From Cystobasidiomycetes sp. EMM_F5 (taxonomy: Eukaryota): a DNA stretch of 64,000 nt. A model generated the notes under the pieces. It was given only the letters and a program-made list of their open reading frames with translations, did no database searches and was not told where the DNA came from. Of the stretch, positions 51,746 to 63,081 are shown piece after piece. Both the position numbers and the translations under genes were made by a program. The stretch lies in contig JBPGPT010000031.1 of the NCBI GenBank assembly GCA_051047955.1, forward strand, positions 62,001 to 126,000. The letters are read 5' to 3'. The first letter of the stretch is position 1. Every line of letters starts with the position of its first letter.

Positions 51746-52990
51746 TCACGTCTTCCAACTTTTCCTCGCCAACGCCTCCGCTGCAGCTCGACCGGCGTCG
51801 ACTGACACCCGCAACGCCCGATATTCAATTCCAGCATCTTTCAGACCATCAGTGAAAGTTTTCAGGAAGACAGGAGAGTTCCACAGACTCCCTCCGAGCA
51901 GCAGCATTCGACTAGACCCGCCTGCCAATGGTTGCACAACGGAACCGGCGCCTTTCTGCGGTGGCATGGACGTCGACACAAGCTGTACGACAAGATTGAT
52001 AAGCGCCGATACAGCCTCTTCCACAATCTTCGCAGCTGCGGGATCTCGATTCTGTCCTGGAGCGGCTATCTCGAGAACGCCCTTTGCCACAGACGCTATA
52101 CGCGCTACCGGTTCCATGTCGACAAAAAAGGACGACTCCTTCTCGTATATACGGGACAGCAAGAGTCCACGATCTGTCTCATCCAAATTGAAGTGTTTGA
52201 AAATCGCGAGATGCATGCTGCTGTATCGTTCTAGACCAGAGTCGTATGCCTCGAGGGTGTGTGCGATAGCCAGTCGACCGATGTGATAGCCTGAACCTTC
52301 GTCGCCCAACAGATGCCCATACCCACCCACTCGTCTGACAGGCTGTAGCGTTCCATCGTTTGCTTTATCGGTAGCGAAAGCTACACTGCCAGTGCCTGAG
52401 GAGAGATGTAAAGTTTACATAGATGTACAAAGGCGTGAAGAGGTAACGCACCAGCGACAACTGCGATACCGGACGTTGTGTCCTCGTCCTCCAGCATCGG
52501 GATTGCCAGCAACATGGCATCATTGCCGAGGATGAGGTCGTCGCCAGCGCCTACATCGAGGGAGAAGAGGCGAGCAAAGGGTTCGCGGACGATTGCAACA
52601 TGGTTGGGTCTGTCTAGCCCCGCCATACCGATGCATACTGTTCGAAACAGCTTTTCCCCGCCAGACAAGGGCAGGGTCGGTGGATCAGCCGTCAGTGTCA
52701 GCCCAGCCCGGATTTCGACTGGGAGCTGGAGTAATGCCTTCTCGGTCGCTTCCTTGACGCGCTGCAATACTGCATTCAAGCCGAGCGTTGCGCTACAATA
52801 ATATGGTCAAGATTTGTTGAAAACGACCAGATATCCATCAACCACAACCAATCCTGAACTCAGCCAACGACGCTCACAAATTGCAGCCGGCAGCTGTTCC
52901 CACAGCGACCACGCCAGAGGGAGTCGCCAACGTCGCTGTACACCTAGTCCCGCCAGCTTCAACGACGGCGACCAGGCTGGACGGCGGCAT
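51746..52990 (-). CDS. BadF/BadG/BcrA/BcrD-type sugar kinase (N-acetylglucosamine kinase-like), three exons
   Basis: VEAGGTRC phosphate loop, IGMAGLD, NDAMLL, spliced VAGTGSVAF, GGYGHLLGDEGSGYHIG, LLLGGSL. Confidence 0.9.
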
Positions 52991-53217
52991 GACGGGCACA
53001 AACGGTGATGGCGGCCTCGATGGCAGTACAGGCCTCGTCAATGCATAGCTCGACGATTGGGCATACTTGGACGGGCAGCCGTGCAATTCCGTCGACCATT
53101 CGTGATTATCGCAAGATTTTACACGACTTGCAGACCCTTACAATCCCGACAAACCTTCTCTGCTAAGACTGACACTCGCTAGTCACCAACATTCCTACGC
53201 TTCTAATCTCTTCCCTG

Positions 53218-56217
53218 TCAGTCGCGATCGCGGTGCTTGCTCTTTCTGTGCTTGTCTCCACCAGCGCTGCTGCCACCATCGTGGCTTTTCGACTTTGGTG
53301 TACCATGTCGACTGCTGTGCTTGCTGCTGCTGGTGTGCTTGTGGCCTTTGCTACTACCGCTCTTGTGCGAGCGCCGCTTCTCGCGATGGTCCCTCTCCGT
53401 GCTATCACTATCCTGACTTTCTTCTGTCCCTCCTTCGTCCTCGCTTGTTTCACTCTCACTCTCGTCTCGCTTGGAACGGTGTTTGGTGGAAGACGAGTGC
53501 TTTGATGAGTGCTTCTTTCCCGAAGACGACGTTTTATCACGGCGCGATGAAGACTTTCCTTTGGAATGATGGCTTCCGTGTCGGTGAGAGTCCTTCGAAG
53601 TCTCGCTGAGAGAATCGTCATGATCCCTATGCTTCGAGTGACCATGGCGGTGATGGTGGTGAGTATGCCGGTGCTTGCGCGGAGAATCATCGGTACGACT
53701 GGAGGACGCGTGGTCATCGGTACTGGCGGACCAGCCAGTAACGCTACCATTTTTCCCGCTCGTCCGGGTAATGTCGTTGATCTACAGTGTATGCGACTCC
53801 CTTCAGCTGCTGGTTCTTCACAGACTGTACTGCAATGCTACCCACCACGTCATTGGCTTTCTTTTCATTCTCATCCGCCTTTTTTAGCAGATCCGCATAA
53901 TGAACGGTCATAGAGGGACTCGGTTTAATGTGTTTCACTGCGGGCAAAACACAGTCTCAGAATGTCAATATCAGAGACTAGTGTGAGCGGATCGAGCTGG
54001 CCTACTTTTGCAAATTTCCAGCAAACCCCGATACTCGACAGCGTCAGTATGATCAATTGCTATCAGTATGCAGAACTCAGCTTTATACGTACCGACAAGA
54101 AGCTTGACAGCACTTACAGTCGATGAATTCTAGGCTGTTCAGCTTCGGCAGCCGCCCTTTCATGATGAGCTTCACTACTGTCGTCATACTGATGCTTCGA
54201 CAATGTGCAATGTGTCTAACAGGAAGTACCATCAGACTGACGTTCAGCACCTGGAGAGTGGTAGCTTACAGCTGTCGTACTTCTGGCATCAGCGAAGCAA
54301 TCCTACCGAGGTTATTCGCTTCAAGGAAGAGCTTCTCTTCCTCTGTAATTGCGACTGATATCATGGATCAGCGAGGAGGACTTGCGAAGCACAGAAAGGA
54401 CCTGTACTCACAACCGCCAATGAAAAGCGTAGTCACTGTTCCCATCGGATTCTCAAAGACGATGTCAAGGAGTCCTGCCAGAAACTGTTCATCCTCTGGC
54501 ACTATAGCAACAAAGGCCTCCAGCGATTTGAAGCAAGTCGATATCAAGCTGGCTGTACGCTCATATCAGTATTGAAGCTTGAAATAGCTGCATGACCTGT
54601 CGCACCGAATGATTGGCGATTGATAGTTTTCATTCCTGGTGACCAAATTGTTCACAGGTGTGTTCGGCGCATATGATGAGCACAGTCGCACTTACCCTCG
54701 ATATGAAACGTTCGCAAGGATCTGAACCAATATTAATGAAACGCGTTCGAGTTACTAGCTAAATTCCACTTACCTTCCACTCCTACATAGCAGATCGCTG
54801 ATCACAGGCAGTTTCGTGTCGACGTATCTAAGTTTACAGTATTCCAGTTGAAACGGAATGGTATCCTAGGTCACAGCATCCTGAATCAGCATCGGTTTAC
54901 CTCTGTACGTTGTTATTACCTCGTAACGTTGGTCTCCATGGACTTGCGGTCCTGTCGTTGCTAGCTGTCAATCACTGCAGATTATGCGGCACTATTTCTT
55001 CTCACCATCTAGAATTAGAATCTTCAAATTCACTGCGCGAGACAGTACAGGCATAAGAGAACCCAAGTGGACCAATCTGTCCTTGAAACTCAGAGATTGA
55101 ATCTTTTTACATAGTATGTGCTTGTCCTGCTCACTGCCCTCTTGCCGTAAAGAACTCAAAGCGTCTATCAAACAGATGTGTAAAGTCAGTTCGAGCTGTT
55201 TAAAGTTCGGGCTCTGTGAACCCGGACTACGTACGACAGTGCTGCGAGTGTTGGACAAACTGACTCCAGAACATTCGGATAGCTGGCGATGGGACAGTGA
55301 CGGTCAGCTACTCATGGTCGATAAGCTAACCGGTGGCCTTGACATCGTACCTCAGGAATTGTAAAAGCGGAGAAGGCTAGATAGCAAAAGCCAGCGTCAG
55401 TCGAGATCGGGGCATAAAGTGGCAGAGACTGGCCCGTAACGTGTCCGCTACTATCTGAAGCGTTTGTATAGATGTTATCTGACCCAGTAGTGTCTGTATC
55501 TTGGGAATGAATGATCTTGGTGCCCTTTTAGCGAATTTCGGATTTTTTCGAAAAGCACAATCAAAGCGCACTGTAGCTCAGGCTCATCCCAGACCAAACG
55601 CATCTTCGTAAAGACTTCACAGAGTGTTATTAATGAGCTTGTGCGATGATCTGACTTGCTCACAGCCTTGGGCGAGCACGCTTTCTAGCATTCTGGTTCC
55701 AGACGTCAGACAGACTTCAAATTAAGCTTAAAATACGTCATTACCTCATATTGATGAAGTACGGATTTTTTCTGGATCGATTCGGACGTTTAGAGCATCA
55801 TTTGGCACTTCCAGAGTGATTTTCTGACCGATGATCCGAAGCCTTTAGCCGAAATGGGTCAGAAACGGATCGGAATTGATGAGAGACTCTCAGAAGAATA
55901 CCAACACACCTTCAGCTCCAACTCTCTACGCGCTGCATTGTCCTGGAAGCCTCTACGTTAGCGCTATTTTCAAGAAAAGGTCCATCCTGGACGCTCACCC
56001 CGGTGGGTTGATTCTGCGACAGATCCAGGCGAGGCCTATTTGTCGAGCCTCCTAGAAGAGAGCCAGATGACTGAATGATACTGGGTGCGTATCCAGATTG
56101 AGATCCGCTGCCAGTGGAAGGGGTATAACCCGGTGTCCTGGACAACAGGGGCGTCGTGCGCTCCGATGGTGACATCATTGGCAACCTTGGCCGTCTGATG
56201 GGTAGACGATCATCCAA
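53218..56217 (-). CDS. Hypothetical LRR/RNI-like protein with S/H/K/R-rich tail (paralog B); 5' end uncertain
   Basis: Reconstructed exons: AVNLKILILDG; FLAGLLDIVFENPMGTVTTLFIGG; LGRIASLMPEVRQL/HIAHCRSISMTTVVKLIMKGRLPKLNSLEFID; EYRGLLEICK; last exon ends KHRDRD*. Confidence 0.65.
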
Positions 56218-56922
56218 TCCCTACAGATACGTCGCGGTATCAGTATATCTTTTGATCAAAATGTAATGCAAACCAAATTTGCGTTTAGTGTATTCGGTCG
56301 GGACTCACCTGTCTAGGCGATGCCAACAAAGCGGCAGAATGTGCATTCTGCTCATCTTCAGCTTGAATTTGTGCTGCAGTCCGGAATCGTTGCGGAGGCG
56401 CGACCCTTGACGTGATACCAGCTCCTGGCACAGACGGCTGATTGCCCATGGCGCTGAACTTAGCTTCAAATGCAATGATATCTGTGTATATATCGGACTG
56501 TTAGCGTGATATAGAGAGAGCGATGGCTGGTTGCGAGTAGAGTCTGGCAAATGACAGACAATGAACAGACATTGCGAGTGGCTTGCGCAGTGTTGGTCGG
56601 TCAGTAACGTTCTACGAGGTGCTATATCAAGTTGTACGTCCATATGAGGGAGGGGCGCTGTCAACACGTCATTGTCAACCCGTCAGGTATCCGTAACGCT
56701 GTAATACCCATAGTATAGGATCAGTGGCCAGCCGAACTCAGCCCAAACTCCTGTAAGTGATCAGAAACAGCATCTCTCGACTTTAGGCATGTGTATCGGT
56801 TCGCGGCCGGGCGGTGAATGGCTATACGAGCATTGGAGCAATATAATTCATTTTCGCTCACAAGCCATTCCTTACGATCTTGATCTCTCCTCTCGAATCT
56901 ACCAGACGCACCTTGCGAACAA

Positions 56923-58691
56923 TCATGGCGGCAAGACACACGTCGGCAGACTTGATGCATTCTGCACCGACTGTAGCCAATCGCGTAGAAACGCCATCGT
57001 AGCGAGCTCGCACTCTACTTCCGAGCGTTCTGTTGCCATAGCAGATGCTAGGCGATGCCAAGCAGCCAGAGTATCGTCGCCAGCTGTAACGGCAGCTTGA
57101 TGCGCTTGTGCGTTTTGTACCAACTTCTTCGCCTCACTTTCGCGATTCGCATGTAGTGCCTGCATCCCCTTCTGTGTGTCTCGGTCAGCTCGAGCCATTC
57201 GAGCGGATGCCAGAGTCTCCGCAGCTGATTTCGCAATCAAAGCCTGCAACCTGCCGATCTCAACTTGCGAGCTAGCAAATTGCTCCTGCAGCATGGAGTA
57301 TTCCTTCACTAGAAGCACGTGCTCTGTAGGCGTAGTATCATGTCGTTCGCCCGCTTCCTGACTTCCAACCCTGTCGGACGCTTGAAGCAGGCTAGGGCGG
57401 ATTGGAGTAAGGGTGGTAGCTGTATCTCGAGAAGCCACCGAGCCAACACGCTTGCGACCAGCTGTTGTGCCAATGTTTGTTTGCTTCTTTTCTGTCGTAA
57501 GCGGCGTGCTGGAATGGTCCCTGTCGACTACAGCATCCACAGATCGTTTCTCTGGCGATAGACGTGGCAGGCGAGGTACTCTGAATACGTCTTTCGAAGG
57601 TGCCTTGGTCGGAGTTGGTAGGACGGAGAGATCCAGCTCTTCTTGCTCGTCGTCGTCGCCGTTGTGAGAAGCAGAACATTCTGTCATCACCCAGCTGTTG
57701 TCTAGAGGAGACAGATTCAAAAGCGAACTGTGTGGAGCAGAGACTCTACTAGAAGGTGCAGCCAACGGAGACATCATGTCGGCTAGATCAGACATCTGCG
57801 CTGTTGTATTCGCTGCAAAAGTGTGTAGATCTGGGCTGTCGTCGGCGGTCGAAGTGATCAACCTGCTTTTGTTTCGCTCGGATGCAGCATTTGGTCGAGG
57901 CGTGGAATCAACGGCTAGAGGAGAGCGTGGTCCTTGCATGCTGCCGAATCCCTTGGGTCCGCTACTGGAATGGGGTATGCGAGATGTGCGCTTTGTAGCA
58001 ACGGCAGTCAACTGAGGGAGAGCGCTGGAGAAGGAGGCTGTACGTGGCCGTACAATGGAGTGTGGGCTAGAAGCAGAATTACGATGCGGAGATTGGCTAG
58101 ACGCGCTCGGCATGGGGAGATTGCTTCGCGTCAAGGTACTCATCGTGCGCGGGCGCGCGAGCAGGGCCGGATTAGAGACATTCCGCAAAGATGCGGCATG
58201 ACCTGACGATGTGGATGGGAATCGTGAGAGTGTAGTATTTGCCTGGGTTTTGACAATATCGCGTTGCTTGAAAAAGTAAACAAGGGTTATAAAACAGCCG
58301 CTAAAACGCAGCGACTTGGACTTACACTGCTGAAGTGAAAGTCAACACTCTGATTCGGTGTGCCATACTGCGAGACTGAGACTGGCCTTTGCCGTCGCTG
58401 CTTTTCATTCTGCGCTTCCTCGAGTCTGCCCAACTGCCCATTTACAATAGCAGCATTAGCCATTCGAGCTGGCGCGGCAGTTACTGCAGACGATGTGGAC
58501 GATATCGCGTCTGCCATTGACGCGGCTGCCTCTGGCTTGTCCAGCTTTCGCAGTCCCAGCTTCGTTCCAAGACGCCTGGCGATGGCAGCGCTGCCCGATA
58601 CTTTGCGGTGTTGCTGTGGATGGGTGTCCATGTTTTGCGATATCGTTGTAGCCAGCTGCGATTTCGTTGTGTCTGCCAATTCAAGGCTCAT
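56923..58691 (-). CDS. Hypothetical S/P-rich protein with C-terminal coiled coil, two exons
   Basis: ORFs 58287-58691 and 56923-58188 joined by a GTAAGT intron; heptad-like C-terminus (EYSMLQEQF...EIGRLQAL). Confidence 0.65.
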
Positions 58692-58787
58692 CGTGATGCC
58701 AACCGAGAGGTCTGCCAGTCTCAGCTGTTGGATCCAGCTGCCCGTCCTTGACTTTGGGTGGTGCTGATTAGCTGGTCTGCGCCTGGC

Positions 58788-59212
58788 ATGGCTTCAGACC
58801 GTTCCATTGGCGGTGAATTGGCTGATGGGGCTTGTCGGAATATCGACGTTGCTGACGCTGACTTGCGCTGATGTTCCCATATCCATATCCATGCCCGTCT
58901 CCGCTTTCTCTCCAGCCGCCGTGCTCGTCCTCGCTACCCTCGCATTCTCCTACTACACTCTGTGGTGTCTCGTTTCCGCTAGTCAACAGTTCTGATCCCC
59001 GCTATTCTCATGCTGACCTGCTGTTCTCTGCCCAGCCCCTGCTCCCCGATGAGAGTCCCATCCTCGATGCATTCCCCGACCGAGTGTGGGCTGTCCGGAT
59101 CCCCATTCTCCTCCTCGTCGTCGGACTGTCCGCGACTGGCATTGTAAACGCGGGTCTGCTGCTGCGTGAAGCTGCCAATAATCCGCCTCAAGAGTCTCAA
59201 AAGCACAACTAG
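58788..59212 (+). CDS. DPM2: Dolichol-phosphate mannose synthase regulatory subunit DPM2, three exons
   Basis: Spliced MASDRSIG/AAVLVLATLAFSYYTLWCLVS/PLLPDESPILDAFPDRVWAVRIPILLLVVG. Confidence 0.9.
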
Positions 59213-59340
59213 CCAGTCCATCGTACCGCTCTCGCTTCAATGAAACCTCCTCTGTCAATTAGGCGACGGTGCCAACTCTGTCGCTACCCATTTACAAGAT
59301 ACTGCAGACACGCAAATATGTGTCAATCTATGCAAAACTT

Positions 59341-61477
59341 CTACGCCGTCTTCTTCCAGTACTTTGGCTCGAGCGTTTTGCGCTCGAAATACCTCAGGAT
59401 AGGATACGTGATAGCTGTGAATACGCCCTACATAGCGGAAAGGAAGATGCCATCAGCAAATTGGCTTATGAGCAACGTTGCATCAGCAAACTCACCGCCA
59501 TCTCGAAGCCAATGTCTCCTCCGAATGGTTTGAGGCCGATCTGCAAGCCAACTACACCGACGTAGAAGACGGTCGACATGCCCAGAATGGCTCCAACCCA
59601 GCCGACGAGGAGCGCGACAAAGCTTGCAATGCCCATCGGCAACTCTCGCGGCTTGTTGAGTGCATCGAAATCGTAGTTGCGGAAGCTGCCACCCCGGAAG
59701 AGGAAGTGCTCCTCGAATGCAATGACGAGGTCTGTGCGCATGCGAAACGTTAGCTCGTGGCGTACTACACTCCACCTTTTCAGCCTACAAATGCTAAGCC
59801 AGTATGCCAATAGCACCAAAAGACTGTCGAGGGCAGACTCGAAGCTGTGAGCACCAGGAATGGCCAGTGCGATGTACTGTCGAGCAACTAATCAGATTGA
59901 TCCATGTTGAAGAGGTCATTGGCACTCACGACAGCCGTAGCAAACAATGTCAAGAGCGGTCGTGGAATAGCCTGGATGTACTTGCCGAGCACTTGCGCGG
60001 TCAAGGCGAAACTGTAGATGTTGGGAACTGCAAATCTCGCGTCAGCCACTTGGGTCAGATACCGAATCGCACACATGACGCACTGTTGTTTCCGATAATT
60101 GACAGGCCGAGAATAACTACGAGGAATCGACCGAATCCGCCTAGTGGCCTGTGTCCAGTCGTCAATGCGCACTCTCACTCCCGGTACAAGCACACATACT
60201 CGATAAGCGGGGCAGCCAAAAGTCCTCCGATACCCCACTCAGCTCTCGCCGCAGCCCATGTTGGCTTGATTTTGAGGCAGGTCATAGCAGCGGCTCCCAT
60301 GATTTCAAGAAGGATGGCTGGAATGCAGATACCCATGTATGTGAAGAAGAATACTGCCACGCCGGATGAGTTCTCCGGGAGCTGGCACGAGTAGTCGGCG
60401 GCTAGAGACACCCATCCCAAATTGAAGCCCTAGGATAAGGAGTGCGACGTCAGATATGAGTCTTCAGGAGATGGATGATGTTGCGCGTACAGCGATGGCG
60501 GCACCGAATGACAGCACAGATGCAGCTTCAACTGCTCCGGAACCTCCCCAGTCTCCGCCTGAAGCACCACCCTTTGCAATTTCGACCGCGTAGATCACGA
60601 AGCAGACGGCGACTGGGATCCAGCACCAGGCCTCGTAGAGATGTACAAACTTGTACCTGTATTCGTGGAGAACATAAATCAGCATTCGTTTTTTTCGAAC
60701 TATCATGCAGAAGTAGAGCATACCCCATGAAAGAGACCAGCAGCGTAACGATGGAGATGATGACGATACCTGCGGCAACAGGAAGGGTTGGAAGCGAGGT
60801 GCTTCCCCAGCTGACAGCCGAGAGGCAGAGACCACCGACAATGGCATTGACGGTAGACCATCCGATACAAGCGATGCAGTTGAGGAGAGCAGGGATGAGG
60901 ACAGTGTAGTAGCCAAAGAAGTAGCGGGACATTGCGAGTTGACGCATGCCTAGTACCGACGTACAAAAACTCAGCATTTGTCATACTATAGCGGCAAGCT
61001 GCAGCTCACCTGTACGAACTCCCCACACAGACATTAAACTGGCTGGGATTGCGGTCAGAAGGTTGAAGAAGATGATAGTGAGAGCAGCATCCTTGAAGCC
61101 CATGTACCTAGGAGACGGATGCGGTAATCAGTCTGCTGCTCGCCGATTTGACCATAGCGAATTAGAATATCTGCTCACCAGATACTAGAGCCCAAGCATC
61201 CCAATGCGAATGTACTGATTGTGCAATTTGCAGCAAGCCACATAGTAAAAGGCGCCCAAATGCGTTTGTGCGTCCTGTTCTCGGCCGTGTATCGCTCAAT
61301 ACCCTGCTCTTCTACACCGTACTTTGCCAATTTGTGCGTAAAATTCCAGAGGACGCCGGTACGATGGGCGGTCGCTGGCTCATCTGCGGCATCGCGAGTC
61401 TCGGTCGCGACACCGTATGCGTCCTTCTTCTCGAGATCCACATCTTCGTGGTCGCTGTTCGTCAGGCTATGCGACAT
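59341..61477 (-). CDS. FCY2: Purine-cytosine permease (NCS1 family, Fcy2-like), multi-exon
   Basis: GVEEQGIER, WLAANCTISTFALG, LGMRQLAMSRYFFG, WVSLAADY, PNIYSFAL, EEHFLFR, GGDIGFE. Confidence 0.93.
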
Positions 61478-62025
61478 CTTGCTCTAGCCGATAAGAAAGA
61501 TTGATGTGATTGCCGATCAGATTTGATTTGAAGCTTCTTGCTCAAGCTTGCAGGAGGAGGGTAAGGGTTCGCAGAAGGGCAAAAGAAAAGGGCGGAGAGC
61601 TAGTCGATGCAGCCGTTCGTCAGTAAAATGCGGGCTTTTCCCCTCAAGAAATTCCTCTGCGATCAGATTTTCCCTTATCTATTCTGCGAAAAGTTCCGGG
61701 CCTAAGACCCATAACGCGGGCCGGAGATGAGGGCTCCACGATAAGGAGGAGCCGTACGCTCGAGTTCGGATCAGTCTGCAGCTGAGGCGCGACCCTTTAC
61801 TATCCGCGTCACCGGACATCTCGAGCGTTTCGACTTGCAGCTCGCCCGGCTTTGATTTTTTAGTAGGGTTATTATCTCGCAAGGCCAAGAGAACGACAAT
61901 CAGCCATCGGAACGTCAGTACTATCAGCAGCAAGTCAGCAATAATAACAACACTTTCGAAAACGTTAGCCAGTCCGTCTGAGCGCAAGCCAGAATCGCGT
62001 TCAACGTCGTCGACTGGACGCGACA
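61478..62025. promoter_or_regulatory. Shared divergent promoter of FCY2/FCY1 with six GATAR motifs
   Basis: GATAAG 61490, CTTATC 61674, GATAAG 61740, CTATC 61800, TTATCT 61872, CTATCA 61921. Confidence 0.55.
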
Positions 62026-62835
62026 ATGTCTCCACCATCATCCGTCAAAACACCCCCGACGACATCCAAGCTCAGCTCGCAAGATGAATTGGGAATGAAG
62101 CTGGCTATCAAGGAAGCGCAAGAAGGGCTAGAGCAGGGCGGAGTGCCCATCGGAGCGTGCCTCATCCAGAACAGTACGCAAAAAGTGCTGGGGACGGGTA
62201 GAAATCTACGGTGTCAAGAGGACAGCCCGATTTTGCACGGAGAGACGTCGTGCTTGAGAAATATTGGTACATAGCCTCCTATCGATGAAGATGGGCAGTT
62301 TGTTGACTCTACGTCTCCACTGTTGTAACATACCCCCAGGCCGCCTCCCAGCGAAGGTGTACAAAGACTGCACGTATGCCACAGGACTGTTTACATACGC
62401 ATCATATGGCTCGCTGACTAGTTTGCCGGCTAGAATGTACACCACCCTGTCTCCGTGTACAATGGTGAGCGCATCAGGTAGGCATAGTCCCGAATCCGCT
62501 AAAACCGCTTCCGCAGTGCACTGGAAGCGTGTTACTGTTCGGAATTCCCAGAGTGGTTATTGGAGGTCGGCTTCCATCGCTTTGCTGCATCAGCAATCGC
62601 TGATCCAGCGCCATTTGATGCACCAGAAAACGATACATTCGTTGGCGGAGAAGACTGGCTGGTAGCTAAGGGTGTGGAGGTTGTCAACGTCGGCGAGTCA
62701 TTGGATCTGTATAAGCGAAAAACGGCAACCAGCTAACGTCCTGGATTCGCAGACTCTGCCCAGTGCAAAGACCTCATGCGGCAGTTTATCGAAAAGTACC
62801 CGGAAGTGTGGAATGAGGATATTGGAGAAGAGTAG
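62026..62835 (+). CDS. FCY1: Cytosine deaminase, multi-exon
   Basis: GGVPIGA, ILHGETSCL (HxE), MYTTLSPCTM/CTG (PCxxC), C-terminal WNEDIGEE*. Confidence 0.96.
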
Positions 62836-63081
62836 GGTGTGCATCAGTAATCTTGCGGAAATGTAGGGATACCTGCTGCAGTTCGAGCAGCATCCAAGTC
62901 AGCAGGGGAATAGCCCAATCGGAAACGCAGCAAAGAGAAGAGCATCCAAAAAGAGAAGGTCGTGACTGTGACTGAATTGCATGTGCTGTGTGCTCGCATT
63001 GTATCTTATTGCTACACAATGCCTCTGCGGAAACATGTTTTAGTGGCGGATGTATGCCTGTGCGATCTTCCTGCGTTAATT

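Noticed and set aside
53163..53750. 195-aa minus-strand ORF and hydrophobic plus-strand ORFs (53233-53913)
   Set aside because: Alternative frames of the S/H/K-rich last exon of LRR-like paralog B.
58807..59212. PIG-P/Gpi19 as identity of the small two-TM gene
   Set aside because: SDR-x-x-G start and YYTLW-x4-P...WAVRIP fit DPM2 better.
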